A stretch of DNA of 64,000 nt from a virus (lineage: Duplodnaviria; Caudoviricetes), in IMG/VR virus record IMGVR_UViG_3300002741_000002, positions 2,298 to 66,297 of that record. One strand, 5' to 3'. The notes under the pieces are model-generated. The model did not search any database, had not been told where the DNA came from, and was given only the letters and a program-made list of their open reading frames with translations. Position numbers and translations under genes: made by a program. Below are positions 1 to 8,942 of this stretch, piece by piece; within the stretch, counting starts at the first letter, position 1, and each line of letters starts with the position of its first letter.

Positions 1-99
1 ATCCGGCACGCCGCCTGTGCAGTCCGCGTAGTACGCCTATCAAGTTCTGTTTGTTTGGATAAACCACTGTAGTCGAGCGGTCCACTACTACCTCAGCCC

Positions 100-3000
100 A
101 TGGAGCGAGCTATGAATGGTTTTGTTTGGAAGCAGGTAAATACTTCTAGTACGTACCGCCCGCATAAATACAGCTTTTCAATCGCACGCCTGCTTGCGGC
201 GCTAGCAGTTAGCTTGTGCCTCCAACCTGCGTTCGCAGACGGAGTCCCTCTCCGGCCCGGAGAAGTTTTTGTCACCACGTTCACAGGTGCGGGCTCTACC
301 TGGGGTCATCACGTCAAGCACTTCAGCCCCAACGGCGTGTTGCTGGACAACTTCAACTTTGGCACCAATAACGCCTATTTTGGATCTCTGAGCGTAGATG
401 CATCCAACAATCTCTACATTCCGACTGATGGCACATACGACGAGGCCATCCATACCATCAGTAACAGCGGTGTCATGGGCCTATTTGGCGGTGGATACGC
501 CTTTCCCACGTCGGTGGCATTTGATAACAACGGCAATGTCTATGTCGGACAAAACCCTTCCTCGAACAACAGTCCGGGTGCGATTCTAAAGTTTGACGGC
601 AACGGCAATCTTCTTACTAGTTATTCCATACCTGTCGACCCAAGTACGGGTGATGCGATCGACCACATGGCGTTAGCCAACGATCACTGCACGATGCGCT
701 ACACCACCGGGGGCGACAGCATTCACCAGTTCAACATCTGCACCAATACGCAATTATCCGATTTCGTGTCATCGCTCTCTGACCCTTTCGGCGGTACAGA
801 GGTTTTATATGATGTTCGTCAGCTCCCCAACGACAATCTGCTGGTGGCTAGCTGGGATTACGTTTTTCTATTGAGTAGCTCGGGCGGTGTTCTTAATCAA
901 TATGAATTTAACGATGGTCCGTACTATGCATCACTCGGTTCCGTCTACCCCGATCCAGACAACCATACCCTTTGGATGGCCGATTCGAACAGCGGTAATG
1001 TTTTTCGCGTCAATATGCAAACCGGGGCCATCGTGTCGTCCTTCAGCGCGTATGACCCCGGGCACACTTCAACCACCGCGGAAAGCATCGGCTATTTGGC
1101 AGTTGTCCCGGGCAATCCAAACGGAAAGGAGCTTGGCAAGTCGTGCAACTGCATTGGCGATCCCATCAATTCCGCAACAGGGAACGAGTACAAGGATGAC
1201 GAAGACATCTCGCTGGGCGCTTTAAGCTTCCATCGCTATTACAACAGCCAGACGTCTGTCGCCCCGGCGCACATGGGTACAAATTGGCGTCACACCTTCG
1301 ATCGGAGCATTGAGTACGTACCAAGTATTGGGCTGACCGTCGCCACGGCATTTCGGCCGGACGGGCGAGAACTCAACTTTACGTTGACCTCAGGCCAGTG
1401 GGTTGCGGATCCCGATGTTGCCGATCGTCTTACCCCTCAGACAGATACTTCCGGCGCGCTCACAGGGTGGACGTATTTCGATTCCACTACGCGTTACCAG
1501 GAAAGTTACGATAAAAATGGAAATCTACTTTCCATCACCGACACGGACGGTTTGGTCACCACACTGGCGTATAGCACCAGCTCCACACCTAGTAGCGTTG
1601 CGCCTGCGGCGGGTTTGCTGCTTACGGTGACCGATCCTCGAGGCCGGGCGCTGAATTTCACCTACAACAGCAATGCAACGGTGGCCGCCATCTCGGAACC
1701 CGATGGAGGTTCGGTGACCTATGGCTACGACGGAAACAGGAATTTGACCTCTGTCACGTATCCAGACAAGTCATCACGCCAGTATGTGTACAACGAAAGC
1801 ACACTGACCAGTGGTGCCAACCTTCCTGCTGCACTGACAGGCGACATTGACGAGACCAGCATCCGCTTCACTAGCATCAGCTACAACACTCAAGGCAAGG
1901 CTACGATGTCCATGCTGGCATCCAACATCGCAGAGACCCAGGTGGCTTACAACGCGGATGGTACATCTACGGTGACCTATCCGACCGGTTCGCAGTCAAC
2001 ACTGACCTTCAACCAGCAATTCGGCTCCTTCCAGCGCGCTACCGCGAGTGCACCGTGCGGCGTGCAATGCGATCAGCCGTATGCGTCGAGCACCTACGAC
2101 GCTAATGGTTACCTCGCCTCGGCCACGGACTTCAATGGCAACGTTACTGTCACCACCTATGATACGAATGGTTTGCTCGATCAGCAGGTCGAGGCTTCCG
2201 GTACACGGAATCAACGAGCCACTAACTTCACTTGGAACACCACGCTACGTGTACCTTTGACACGTACTATCGTGGACGCGTCTGGCAACACTGTTGGTTC
2301 CACGCAATGGATCTACAATGGCATCGGACAGGTTTTGGCTCGTTGCGATATCGACCCAGGCAACAGCGCAGCCTCGAGATATGCGTGCAGCACCAGCGGT
2401 AGCGTGCCGAGCGGAGTACGTCGCTCCACCTATACCTACTGCACCGTCGTCGACACCACGCAGTGTCCTTTCGTCGGATTGACGCTGACTATCACTGGGC
2501 CACGAACCGACGTTACGCAAACGACCACGTATACCTATTACCTGACGAGTAGCGCGACGAACTGTGGCACGCCGGGCGCGGCCTGCTATCAAGTCGGTGA
2601 CATTCACACTATTACCGATGCGGCGGGTCACGTTACGACCATCGCCTCCTATGACGCCGATGGCCGCGTCACGCGCACTACGGACGCGAATGGGATCAAT
2701 ACGGATATGTCCTATACGGCGCGCGGTTGGCTTGCGTCCAGCATAGTAGGGGGTGCTACTACGAGCTTCACTTATACGCCCTATGGGGCCGTGCAAACTG
2801 TCACGGATCCTGATGGGGTTGTCACGACGTATGGTTACGATGCAGCTCATCGCTTGGTGAAGATCACTGATGCACAGGGCAATTATGTGCAATACACACT
2901 GGATGCGGCGGGCAACAAAACGGCCGAAAAGACCTACGACAGCAGCGGGACGCTCCATAAAAGCTTGAGTCGCAATTTCAATACTCTTGGCCAGCTCACC

Positions 3001-5385
3001 AAGGTCATGGACGGCCTCAACCACACGACGTTCGACGCCAGCGCTAGCGGTAACTACGACGCCAACGGCAATCTCGTGCAGGACGCAGATGGCCTGGGCA
3101 TTCTGCGCAAACAGAGCTATGACGCCTTGAATCGTCTAGTGCAAACTATCGACAACTACAACGGCAACGATGGTGCAACCAAGAACACGACCATTCAATA
3201 CGGCTATGACAGCCTAGATCGGCTCACTCAAGTCACCGATCCTGGTAACCTCAACACTACTTACAGCTACGACGGGCTGAGCGATACAACCGGCCAGGTT
3301 AGTCCGGATACGGGAACCACCAGCCGCACCTTCGATGCCGCAGGCAATGTACTGACAAGTACCGACGCAAAGGGCATCACGGCTATCAATACGTACGATG
3401 TTCTGAATCGTCTAATCAGCACCAGCTACCCGGATGGCACCCAGAACGTTACCTATGCCTACGACGAAGCAAACAGCGTCACGGGCTGCAGCAGCAGCTA
3501 TCCAGTCGGGCGACTGACGCGCATTATTGAGAACAGCGTAACCACGGTGTATTGCTACGATGCGCGTGGCAACGTCATTGAGAAGCAGCAAACCATCAAT
3601 GGGACAACGGATACAACCGGCTATGCGGTTAGCGCTGCTGGGAGGGTAACCAGCATTGTGTATCCAAGTGGGACCCAAGTGAGTTACACCAGGGATGCCG
3701 ATGGACGTATCCAGTCGGTGAGCGTGATACCCTCGGGTAGCACGACGGCCACCACGGTAGTAAGTAACGTTACCTATCAACCATTCGGTCCGGTCAGTGG
3801 CTACACCTTGGGTAACGGTCAGGCCGTTGCACGCGCCTACGATGCCAACTACCGCCTGACGGATATCACTAGCGCTGCGTTTTCGTTACATCTGGCTCGC
3901 GATATGATGGGCGACATCACGGCGATCGGCAACGCCAGCGGGGCTAATCCGGCCACCGAAACTTACAGCTATGATCCGCTATATCGCTTGACGGCGGTAA
4001 CTGAGGCCGATGGCTCTACGCTCGAAAGCGTAACGTACAACCAGACGGGCGATCGTTTGACCAAAGCCGCATCTGACTTGGATACCGGCTCCTACACGTA
4101 CGGCTCTGGCACTCACCAGCTGACGGCGATCGGAAATCAGGCACGGACTGTGGACGCCGATGGCAACACGACAGCGATTACGCAAGCAAGTGGCACCTAC
4201 GGGTTTGGCTACAGTAGCCGCAATGTATTGACGGTTGCCCAATTCGCGGGGGCCACTGTTGGCACTTATACCTACAACGCGCTGCGCCAGCGGATTAGCA
4301 AAACTGGAAGCGGTACAGTGCGGTACGGCTACGATGAAGCCAAGCATTTGGTGGGCGAGTATGGTGCATCCACGCGTGATTATGTGTGGATGGGCGACAT
4401 TCCAGTGGCGACCGTCGATGTCAGCGCCACAAGCAATCCCACAAGCACATCTTCTTGCACGTCTTTCTCGTCGTGTCCGATTCACGGTGGCCCAATCAAA
4501 GCGCCTTCGCCAGGCACGGGTACTTCAAGTTTGAGCGGAACCATGACGACCACTGTCAACTACGTTTACGCCGACGGGCTCGGCACGCCGCGTGCGGTAG
4601 CTAGCAGTACGGGTACAGTAATCTGGCAGTGGGCTTACCAAGGCAATCCATGGGGCGAGGTGGCACCCATGTCAGTAGGTGGCTATGTGCTCAATTTGCG
4701 TTTCCCCGGTCAGTACTACGACCAGGAAACAGGATTGATCTATAACGTGAATCGCTACTATGAAGCGCCCGCTGGGCGTTACCTTCAGAGCGATCCTGCA
4801 GGTCTGCAAGGGGGAATCAACACATATAACTATGTGAATGGGAGCCCGCTGGACTATGTCGATCCACTAGGGCTTCGTCCGCCGACGTCCGGAGAAATAT
4901 CGATGCTCAATCAAGTATTCAATAACACCGTGGATTTCTCGAAAGTGAACATTGTATCGGGTGCTGGCTTGGATCCGCGTGCCTGGGCGCCTATAGCCAC
5001 TGACAATGCTGTCACTCTTGAAAATACTATCCATTTTCCTTCGTCGGGCTACCAATCGGACTTCTCCAAGGCTAATTTGACTGACCAAGCTTGGCTGGCG
5101 CACGAGATGACTCATGTTTATCAGTACCAGAACAATCCCAACTACAGCTGGCGCAAGGCAGCTATGGAGGGAACAAGAAGTGACACATACAAATATAGCT
5201 TGAGCGAACACGGTTGCTTCAACGATTATCGATATGAACAACAGGCAGCGATAGTTGCGGATTATTATGCTGCCCTGCAGCGGCCATGGTCGCCAGCTCT
5301 TCCTGACTATGAATCTCTACTAAACCAGGTAGGTCTTGGCATGAATCGTGGTGCTCCGCCAATCTGGTTTATAGGAGATCGATAA
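100..5385 (+). CDS. rhs: Rhs/YD-repeat polymorphic toxin with N-terminal signal peptide and beta-propeller-like region, and C-terminal HExxH zinc-metallopeptidase toxin domain
   Basis: DPINSATGNEY/FHRYYNS (DUF6531-like), many YD repeats, Rhs core end 'RFPGQYYDQETGLIYNVNRYY...YLQSDPAG...YNYVNGSPLDYVDPLGL', tip with AHEMTH and YEQQAAIVADY; N-terminus LLAALAVSLCLQPAFA-DG. Confidence 0.92.
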   Translation: MERAMNGFVWKQVNTSSTYRPHKYSFSIARLLAALAVSLCLQPAFADGVPLRPGEVFVTTFTGAGSTWGHHVKHFSPNGVLLDNFNFGTNNAYFGSLSVDASNNLYIPTDGTYDEAIHTISNSGVMGLFGGGYAFPTSVAFDNNGNVYVGQNPSSNNSPGAILKFDGNGNLLTSYSIPVDPSTGDAIDHMALANDHCTMRYTTGGDSIHQFNICTNTQLSDFVSSLSDPFGGTEVLYDVRQLPNDNLLVASWDYVFLLSSSGGVLNQYEFNDGPYYASLGSVYPDPDNHTLWMADSNSGNVFRVNMQTGAIVSSFSAYDPGHTSTTAESIGYLAVVPGNPNGKELGKSCNCIGDPINSATGNEYKDDEDISLGALSFHRYYNSQTSVAPAHMGTNWRHTFDRSIEYVPSIGLTVATAFRPDGRELNFTLTSGQWVADPDVADRLTPQTDTSGALTGWTYFDSTTRYQESYDKNGNLLSITDTDGLVTTLAYSTSSTPSSVAPAAGLLLTVTDPRGRALNFTYNSNATVAAISEPDGGSVTYGYDGNRNLTSVTYPDKSSRQYVYNESTLTSGANLPAALTGDIDETSIRFTSISYNTQGKATMSMLASNIAETQVAYNADGTSTVTYPTGSQSTLTFNQQFGSFQRATASAPCGVQCDQPYASSTYDANGYLASATDFNGNVTVTTYDTNGLLDQQVEASGTRNQRATNFTWNTTLRVPLTRTIVDASGNTVGSTQWIYNGIGQVLARCDIDPGNSAASRYACSTSGSVPSGVRRSTYTYCTVVDTTQCPFVGLTLTITGPRTDVTQTTTYTYYLTSSATNCGTPGAACYQVGDIHTITDAAGHVTTIASYDADGRVTRTTDANGINTDMSYTARGWLASSIVGGATTSFTYTPYGAVQTVTDPDGVVTTYGYDAAHRLVKITDAQGNYVQYTLDAAGNKTAEKTYDSSGTLHKSLSRNFNTLGQLTKVMDGLNHTTFDASASGNYDANGNLVQDADGLGILRKQSYDALNRLVQTIDNYNGNDGATKNTTIQYGYDSLDRLTQVTDPGNLNTTYSYDGLSDTTGQVSPDTGTTSRTFDAAGNVLTSTDAKGITAINTYDVLNRLISTSYPDGTQNVTYAYDEANSVTGCSSSYPVGRLTRIIENSVTTVYCYDARGNVIEKQQTINGTTDTTGYAVSAAGRVTSIVYPSGTQVSYTRDADGRIQSVSVIPSGSTTATTVVSNVTYQPFGPVSGYTLGNGQAVARAYDANYRLTDITSAAFSLHLARDMMGDITAIGNASGANPATETYSYDPLYRLTAVTEADGSTLESVTYNQTGDRLTKAASDLDTGSYTYGSGTHQLTAIGNQARTVDADGNTTAITQASGTYGFGYSSRNVLTVAQFAGATVGTYTYNALRQRISKTGSGTVRYGYDEAKHLVGEYGASTRDYVWMGDIPVATVDVSATSNPTSTSSCTSFSSCPIHGGPIKAPSPGTGTSSLSGTMTTTVNYVYADGLGTPRAVASSTGTVIWQWAYQGNPWGEVAPMSVGGYVLNLRFPGQYYDQETGLIYNVNRYYEAPAGRYLQSDPAGLQGGINTYNYVNGSPLDYVDPLGLRPPTSGEISMLNQVFNNTVDFSKVNIVSGAGLDPRAWAPIATDNAVTLENTIHFPSSGYQSDFSKANLTDQAWLAHEMTHVYQYQNNPNYSWRKAAMEGTRSDTYKYSLSEHGCFNDYRYEQQAAIVADYYAALQRPWSPALPDYESLLNQVGLGMNRGAPPIWFIGDR

Positions 5386-5781
5386 ATGAAAAGCGTCTTA
5401 ATGTCACTTGCTCTTTTCCTACTTGCATTCAATCTCTGTGGAATGTCATCTAGATACACCATCAAAGTTGTACATGACGGTGCATCCTTGATCTCGTTTC
5501 ACTTTGAAGGAAGTGGTGCGCCTAAGGCTGGTGGCGTGGAAGTTAATACCTTTCTTGTAGTAAAGCGTGATGACTCAGGGCACTGGGACTACAAAAATCC
5601 CATGTGGGCATTTGAGCTTTCTCCTGGTAATGCTAAGCCGCTATCCAATGTGACGTATGGCGAAGTACCTGTTGGATTCGCGGAGACAACGAAGGCAAAG
5701 CCGCTGGAGCGAGATGTTCATTACTTGGCGGTTGGTCTTACTCCGGGATCAGGAGGGTCTGTCGAGTTTACAGCTCAATAG
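5386..5781 (+). CDS. Probable cognate immunity protein (exported)
   Basis: ATG directly follows the Rhs stop; hydrophobic N-terminal signal-like stretch. Confidence 0.65.
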   Translation: MKSVLMSLALFLLAFNLCGMSSRYTIKVVHDGASLISFHFEGSGAPKAGGVEVNTFLVVKRDDSGHWDYKNPMWAFELSPGNAKPLSNVTYGEVPVGFAETTKAKPLERDVHYLAVGLTPGSGGSVEFTAQ

Positions 5782-5791
5782 CGATGGCCAA

Positions 5792-6211
5792 ATGGCCACT
5801 GGGCTTAGTCATGTATCGGAGCTGGTGATGAGCGGTAGCCATAGCAGTGATGCAGATCTCATGGAACTTAAGTCGGAGTTGCTTGCTGCCGAAGAAGTCT
5901 TGGATACGGAATATTCCTTCGATCTTGCGGAACCACATTATGATCGTTGCTTGGAAATTATTGGCAGGCAAGCCATAAGCCGATCTGACATTGTTGCTCT
6001 TATCGGATCACTGTTTTCTTCAAAATCGATAAGTGATGAGCCCGTTGCCGTTCTAGTTCATAAATTGCGCTGGCCGGAATTTCGGGTTTGGGTGGAAAAG
6101 GAATTGCATAAGCTAGACCGACCGAGGGTCGATGGCAGGCCCCTGGAAAAGATCCTTGCGGCGTACGAAGACGACTGGGGAAACAGAGTTTTTTACAAAA
6201 TGTTTTCCTAG
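5792..6211 (+). CDS. Hypothetical protein, possible orphan immunity protein
   Basis: ORF just downstream of the first immunity gene; start codon uncertain. Confidence 0.45.
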   Translation: MATGLSHVSELVMSGSHSSDADLMELKSELLAAEEVLDTEYSFDLAEPHYDRCLEIIGRQAISRSDIVALIGSLFSSKSISDEPVAVLVHKLRWPEFRVWVEKELHKLDRPRVDGRPLEKILAAYEDDWGNRVFYKMFS

Positions 6212-6425
6212 CTGTTGCCTCGGTTCAGCGTTCAACTACTTCTAGTATTTGCGACATGGTGGACCTGTCTTGCATTGGGTTGTTGTTGGTGCTTCTGCAT
6301 GGATAGAGCTCCACCATTCTTAGGAGTCTGATGAGTGCCCCCGGTCCCGGCATAAGTAGTCGAGAACAAGTCCTCGCTGGTCAGCTCACGGTGACTTCAC
6401 CTTTTATCTCTGGGCGAGGAGGCAA

Positions 6426-6971
6426 TTGACTATGGCTTCGCATAGCCGATTGTCAACAGCCGTTATTGCCATATGCTTGGTCTCGCTCACCGCGTGCTCT
6501 TTACCATTCGGCGGCAGTCCGAGAGATATTCGAGTGACGTCGGTGAGCGATGTGGACTACAAAGGCCAGACGCAAATCGACTTTGTGGATCATCCCCCAC
6601 ATCCGTCAAAAATCATTTCCCGTATCGATTTCACAACCAGCACGGACCTACTAGCGCTGTCTGCATCGAAGGACTACAACGTGACCTTCGCGGTTGGACC
6701 ATGTACCAAAGCCGGAGTGCAGGACAGCATTCGACACTACGGTAAGATTTATTGGGGCAAGCTGCTGATCAATGACAGCACGAAAGCGCCCCCTGAATAC
6801 GCGGCAGCGATGGCCAAAGGGCCTCCGTTTGCGTACCAAGCATACGTGGAAAGGTTGGCTGCGAATGCCGATCAGGGATCGCTCTGCTTCGCCCTTGCCG
6901 GAGGCAATATGTTGGGAGGTAAGTTGAAGTCGAACGTCGCGGTGATTCCCTTAGGGTTGACTCACGAGTGA
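6426..6971 (+). CDS. Lipoprotein, possible orphan immunity protein
   Basis: Lipobox LTAC after a hydrophobic stretch; GGAGG RBS upstream. Confidence 0.65.
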   Translation: MTMASHSRLSTAVIAICLVSLTACSLPFGGSPRDIRVTSVSDVDYKGQTQIDFVDHPPHPSKIISRIDFTTSTDLLALSASKDYNVTFAVGPCTKAGVQDSIRHYGKIYWGKLLINDSTKAPPEYAAAMAKGPPFAYQAYVERLAANADQGSLCFALAGGNMLGGKLKSNVAVIPLGLTHE

Positions 6972-6978
6972 ATCAAAC

Positions 6979-7378
6979 ATGTTCTTCGTTAGGTGCCTAT
7001 TGTTCGCGTTAATAACATCGCCGTGCATGTTCCCAGTTCTGGCTTCGGAAAGTCAGGGATATCAATTCGGAGAGCAGGGCTATGTGTTAACTCCGCAACA
7101 AGTGATAACGCTGACGAATGAAGCGCTGGATGGTTCCGGTCGTGCTGCGTTACGTCTCTCGAGATTTTATTCGAACGTGACGACAAATCTTGATGAGGCG
7201 TTGAGGTGGGCGATTATTGGCGCGGAAAATGGTGATGCTAACTGCCAGTACACGGCATATGCATTCCTTGATAGCAGGATTTTCTGCCGAGGACAGGAGG
7301 CGCGCTCAATTCTGGCTGCATAAGGCGGCAAGCCAGGGTTATCGGCCGGCAATAGAGCGCATCCGAAGCAGTAAGTGA
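6979..7378 (+). pseudogene. Exported Sel1-like repeat protein with a 1-nt frameshift near 7280
   Basis: Removing one T from ATTTT (7279-7283) gives ...RISAEDRRRAQFWLHKAASQGYRPAIERIRSSK*; Sel1-like AxxWxxxxAExGDxxxQY segment upstream. Confidence 0.6.
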
Positions 7379-7457
7379 TAGAGCGATTGGGTTGCTGCTG
7401 TTGAAGTTCGAGCGCGCCGTACAATCCCAAAGCATCACAGAACGTGTTGTTGGTTGC

Positions 7458-8519
7458 TTAGCCGACGTTTGTACTGTCGGTGTCATTCCCATCGTCTACT
7501 GCTGTGTGGTCACTGATTGCTGCTCTATTTTCCAATTCAAGCGACGTGAGATAGCCACCGCTGCCGTCGAGCTTGTGCGTGGCCTTGGCGACAATCCATT
7601 GGTAGGCGGTGATAACATCCGGCCAGTCCACGAGCTTCACCGGCACCTCGGGAAAGATGTCCGGCCGACCGATGGCCAGATCCAGCGTGAACGTCGCTGC
7701 GCCACGCTTTACACGCGCCAGTTCGGTTTCGGCGGCACGGCTAGCGTCGGCTTCGGTGGGGAAATCTCCGCGCAGGATCTTTATGTGCCCGTGCTTGCCG
7801 GCAAGTGCTAGACGTCCGCGCGCACCGTTCATGTCATGCCAGCGAGCTTGCACACCTGTATAGGCGCTGCGGTCGATTTCCTGGAAATGATGGCGATCGC
7901 CGCTCGCGCGCCGGATTATCAGCGAAGGAATGTCCGTGCCGCCCGCTGTTTTCGCCTCGCCGATCGGCGCGAAAATTAGGTGCCCATGCTTGACCGTGGC
8001 CACCGCATCGAAGTGCTTGCCTATGCGGCGAAGCAGCGCCATGTCGCTTTCGGTTTGGTCGAGCTGCGCGATGGGCGCGCTCGCCAGCTTGCTGGATACG
8101 TGCGGCGTAAGCCCATGCTCGCCGGCGATCACGCTAACGATGTGGCCCACGGTGGTATCGCTCCAGCTGCGTTCCCTGCGTGTAGCCAAGGGTCCGGCCA
8201 TACGCGCACTGCGTGCCCGCACCGTGATGGTATCGGGAGCACCGCGGTGCTCGACTTCATCCACGATATAGGAGCCCTGCAGGCACATGCCCGACGTGTC
8301 GAAACCCAACGACACTTCGATGCTGACGCCCTTGCGTGGCATCACGATGCGACCGGTGGTGTCTTCAAATTCCAGCTCCAACTGGTCGGCATGATCTTCG
8401 CGGCATGCCACCAACGTCATGCTGCTCAAGTGCGATTCCAGGCGGCGCGTGACGTCGGTACCGTCCACCACCACCTTGAATACCGGGCGCACGATCGCGC
8501 TGCGTTCACTGGCCATCAC
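7458..8519 (-). CDS. gpD: Phage late control / baseplate hub protein D
   Basis: REDHADQLELEFED, YIVDEVEHRGAPDTITVRARSA, QTESDMALLRR; follows gpU. Confidence 0.9.
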   Translation of the reverse strand: MMASERSAIVRPVFKVVVDGTDVTRRLESHLSSMTLVACREDHADQLELEFEDTTGRIVMPRKGVSIEVSLGFDTSGMCLQGSYIVDEVEHRGAPDTITVRARSARMAGPLATRRERSWSDTTVGHIVSVIAGEHGLTPHVSSKLASAPIAQLDQTESDMALLRRIGKHFDAVATVKHGHLIFAPIGEAKTAGGTDIPSLIIRRASGDRHHFQEIDRSAYTGVQARWHDMNGARGRLALAGKHGHIKILRGDFPTEADASRAAETELARVKRGAATFTLDLAIGRPDIFPEVPVKLVDWPDVITAYQWIVAKATHKLDGSGGYLTSLELENRAAISDHTAVDDGNDTDSTNVG

Positions 8520-8941
8520 CGCGTTCCCGTAATGGCCGGCTCATCGGCGGGCAGGTTGTCCGACCGGCACAGCGTCAGCGCAAAATCCACCCGCCGCGGC
8601 GTGCCGTCGTCAAAGAGATAGCGCTGCGTGGTCTCCAGGCTCTGAATGAAATACACCCCGTACACGTAGCCTGCGCCATCGACCAGCACATACGCCTGGC
8701 CGCCACGTCCCATGGTTTCCAGTTGTGTGATGGAGGCGAGCGTGCCGGTGACGCCCGGCGCCACGGTGCCGCTCAGGGTGATGATCTCCTCGCCCGGGCC
8801 GAGGTACTGGTAGTTGTCGCGCTCGCCCACGCGCACCGCGGCGCCGTGCTTGAATTGCATCTGCCGGCGCAGTTCGTCGTAGGCGGCCGTTTGTAGGCCA
8901 AACGCAAACGGCCCAAACGCCATCAGGGTGTAACCGGCCAT
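8516..8941 (-). CDS. gpU: Tail protein U
   Basis: MAFGPFAFGLQTAAYDELRR...GPGEEIITLSG; start reassigned to 8941. Confidence 0.88.
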   Translation of the reverse strand: MAGYTLMAFGPFAFGLQTAAYDELRRQMQFKHGAAVRVGERDNYQYLGPGEEIITLSGTVAPGVTGTLASITQLETMGRGGQAYVLVDGAGYVYGVYFIQSLETTQRYLFDDGTPRRVDFALTLCRSDNLPADEPAITGTR

Positions 8942-8942
8942 C

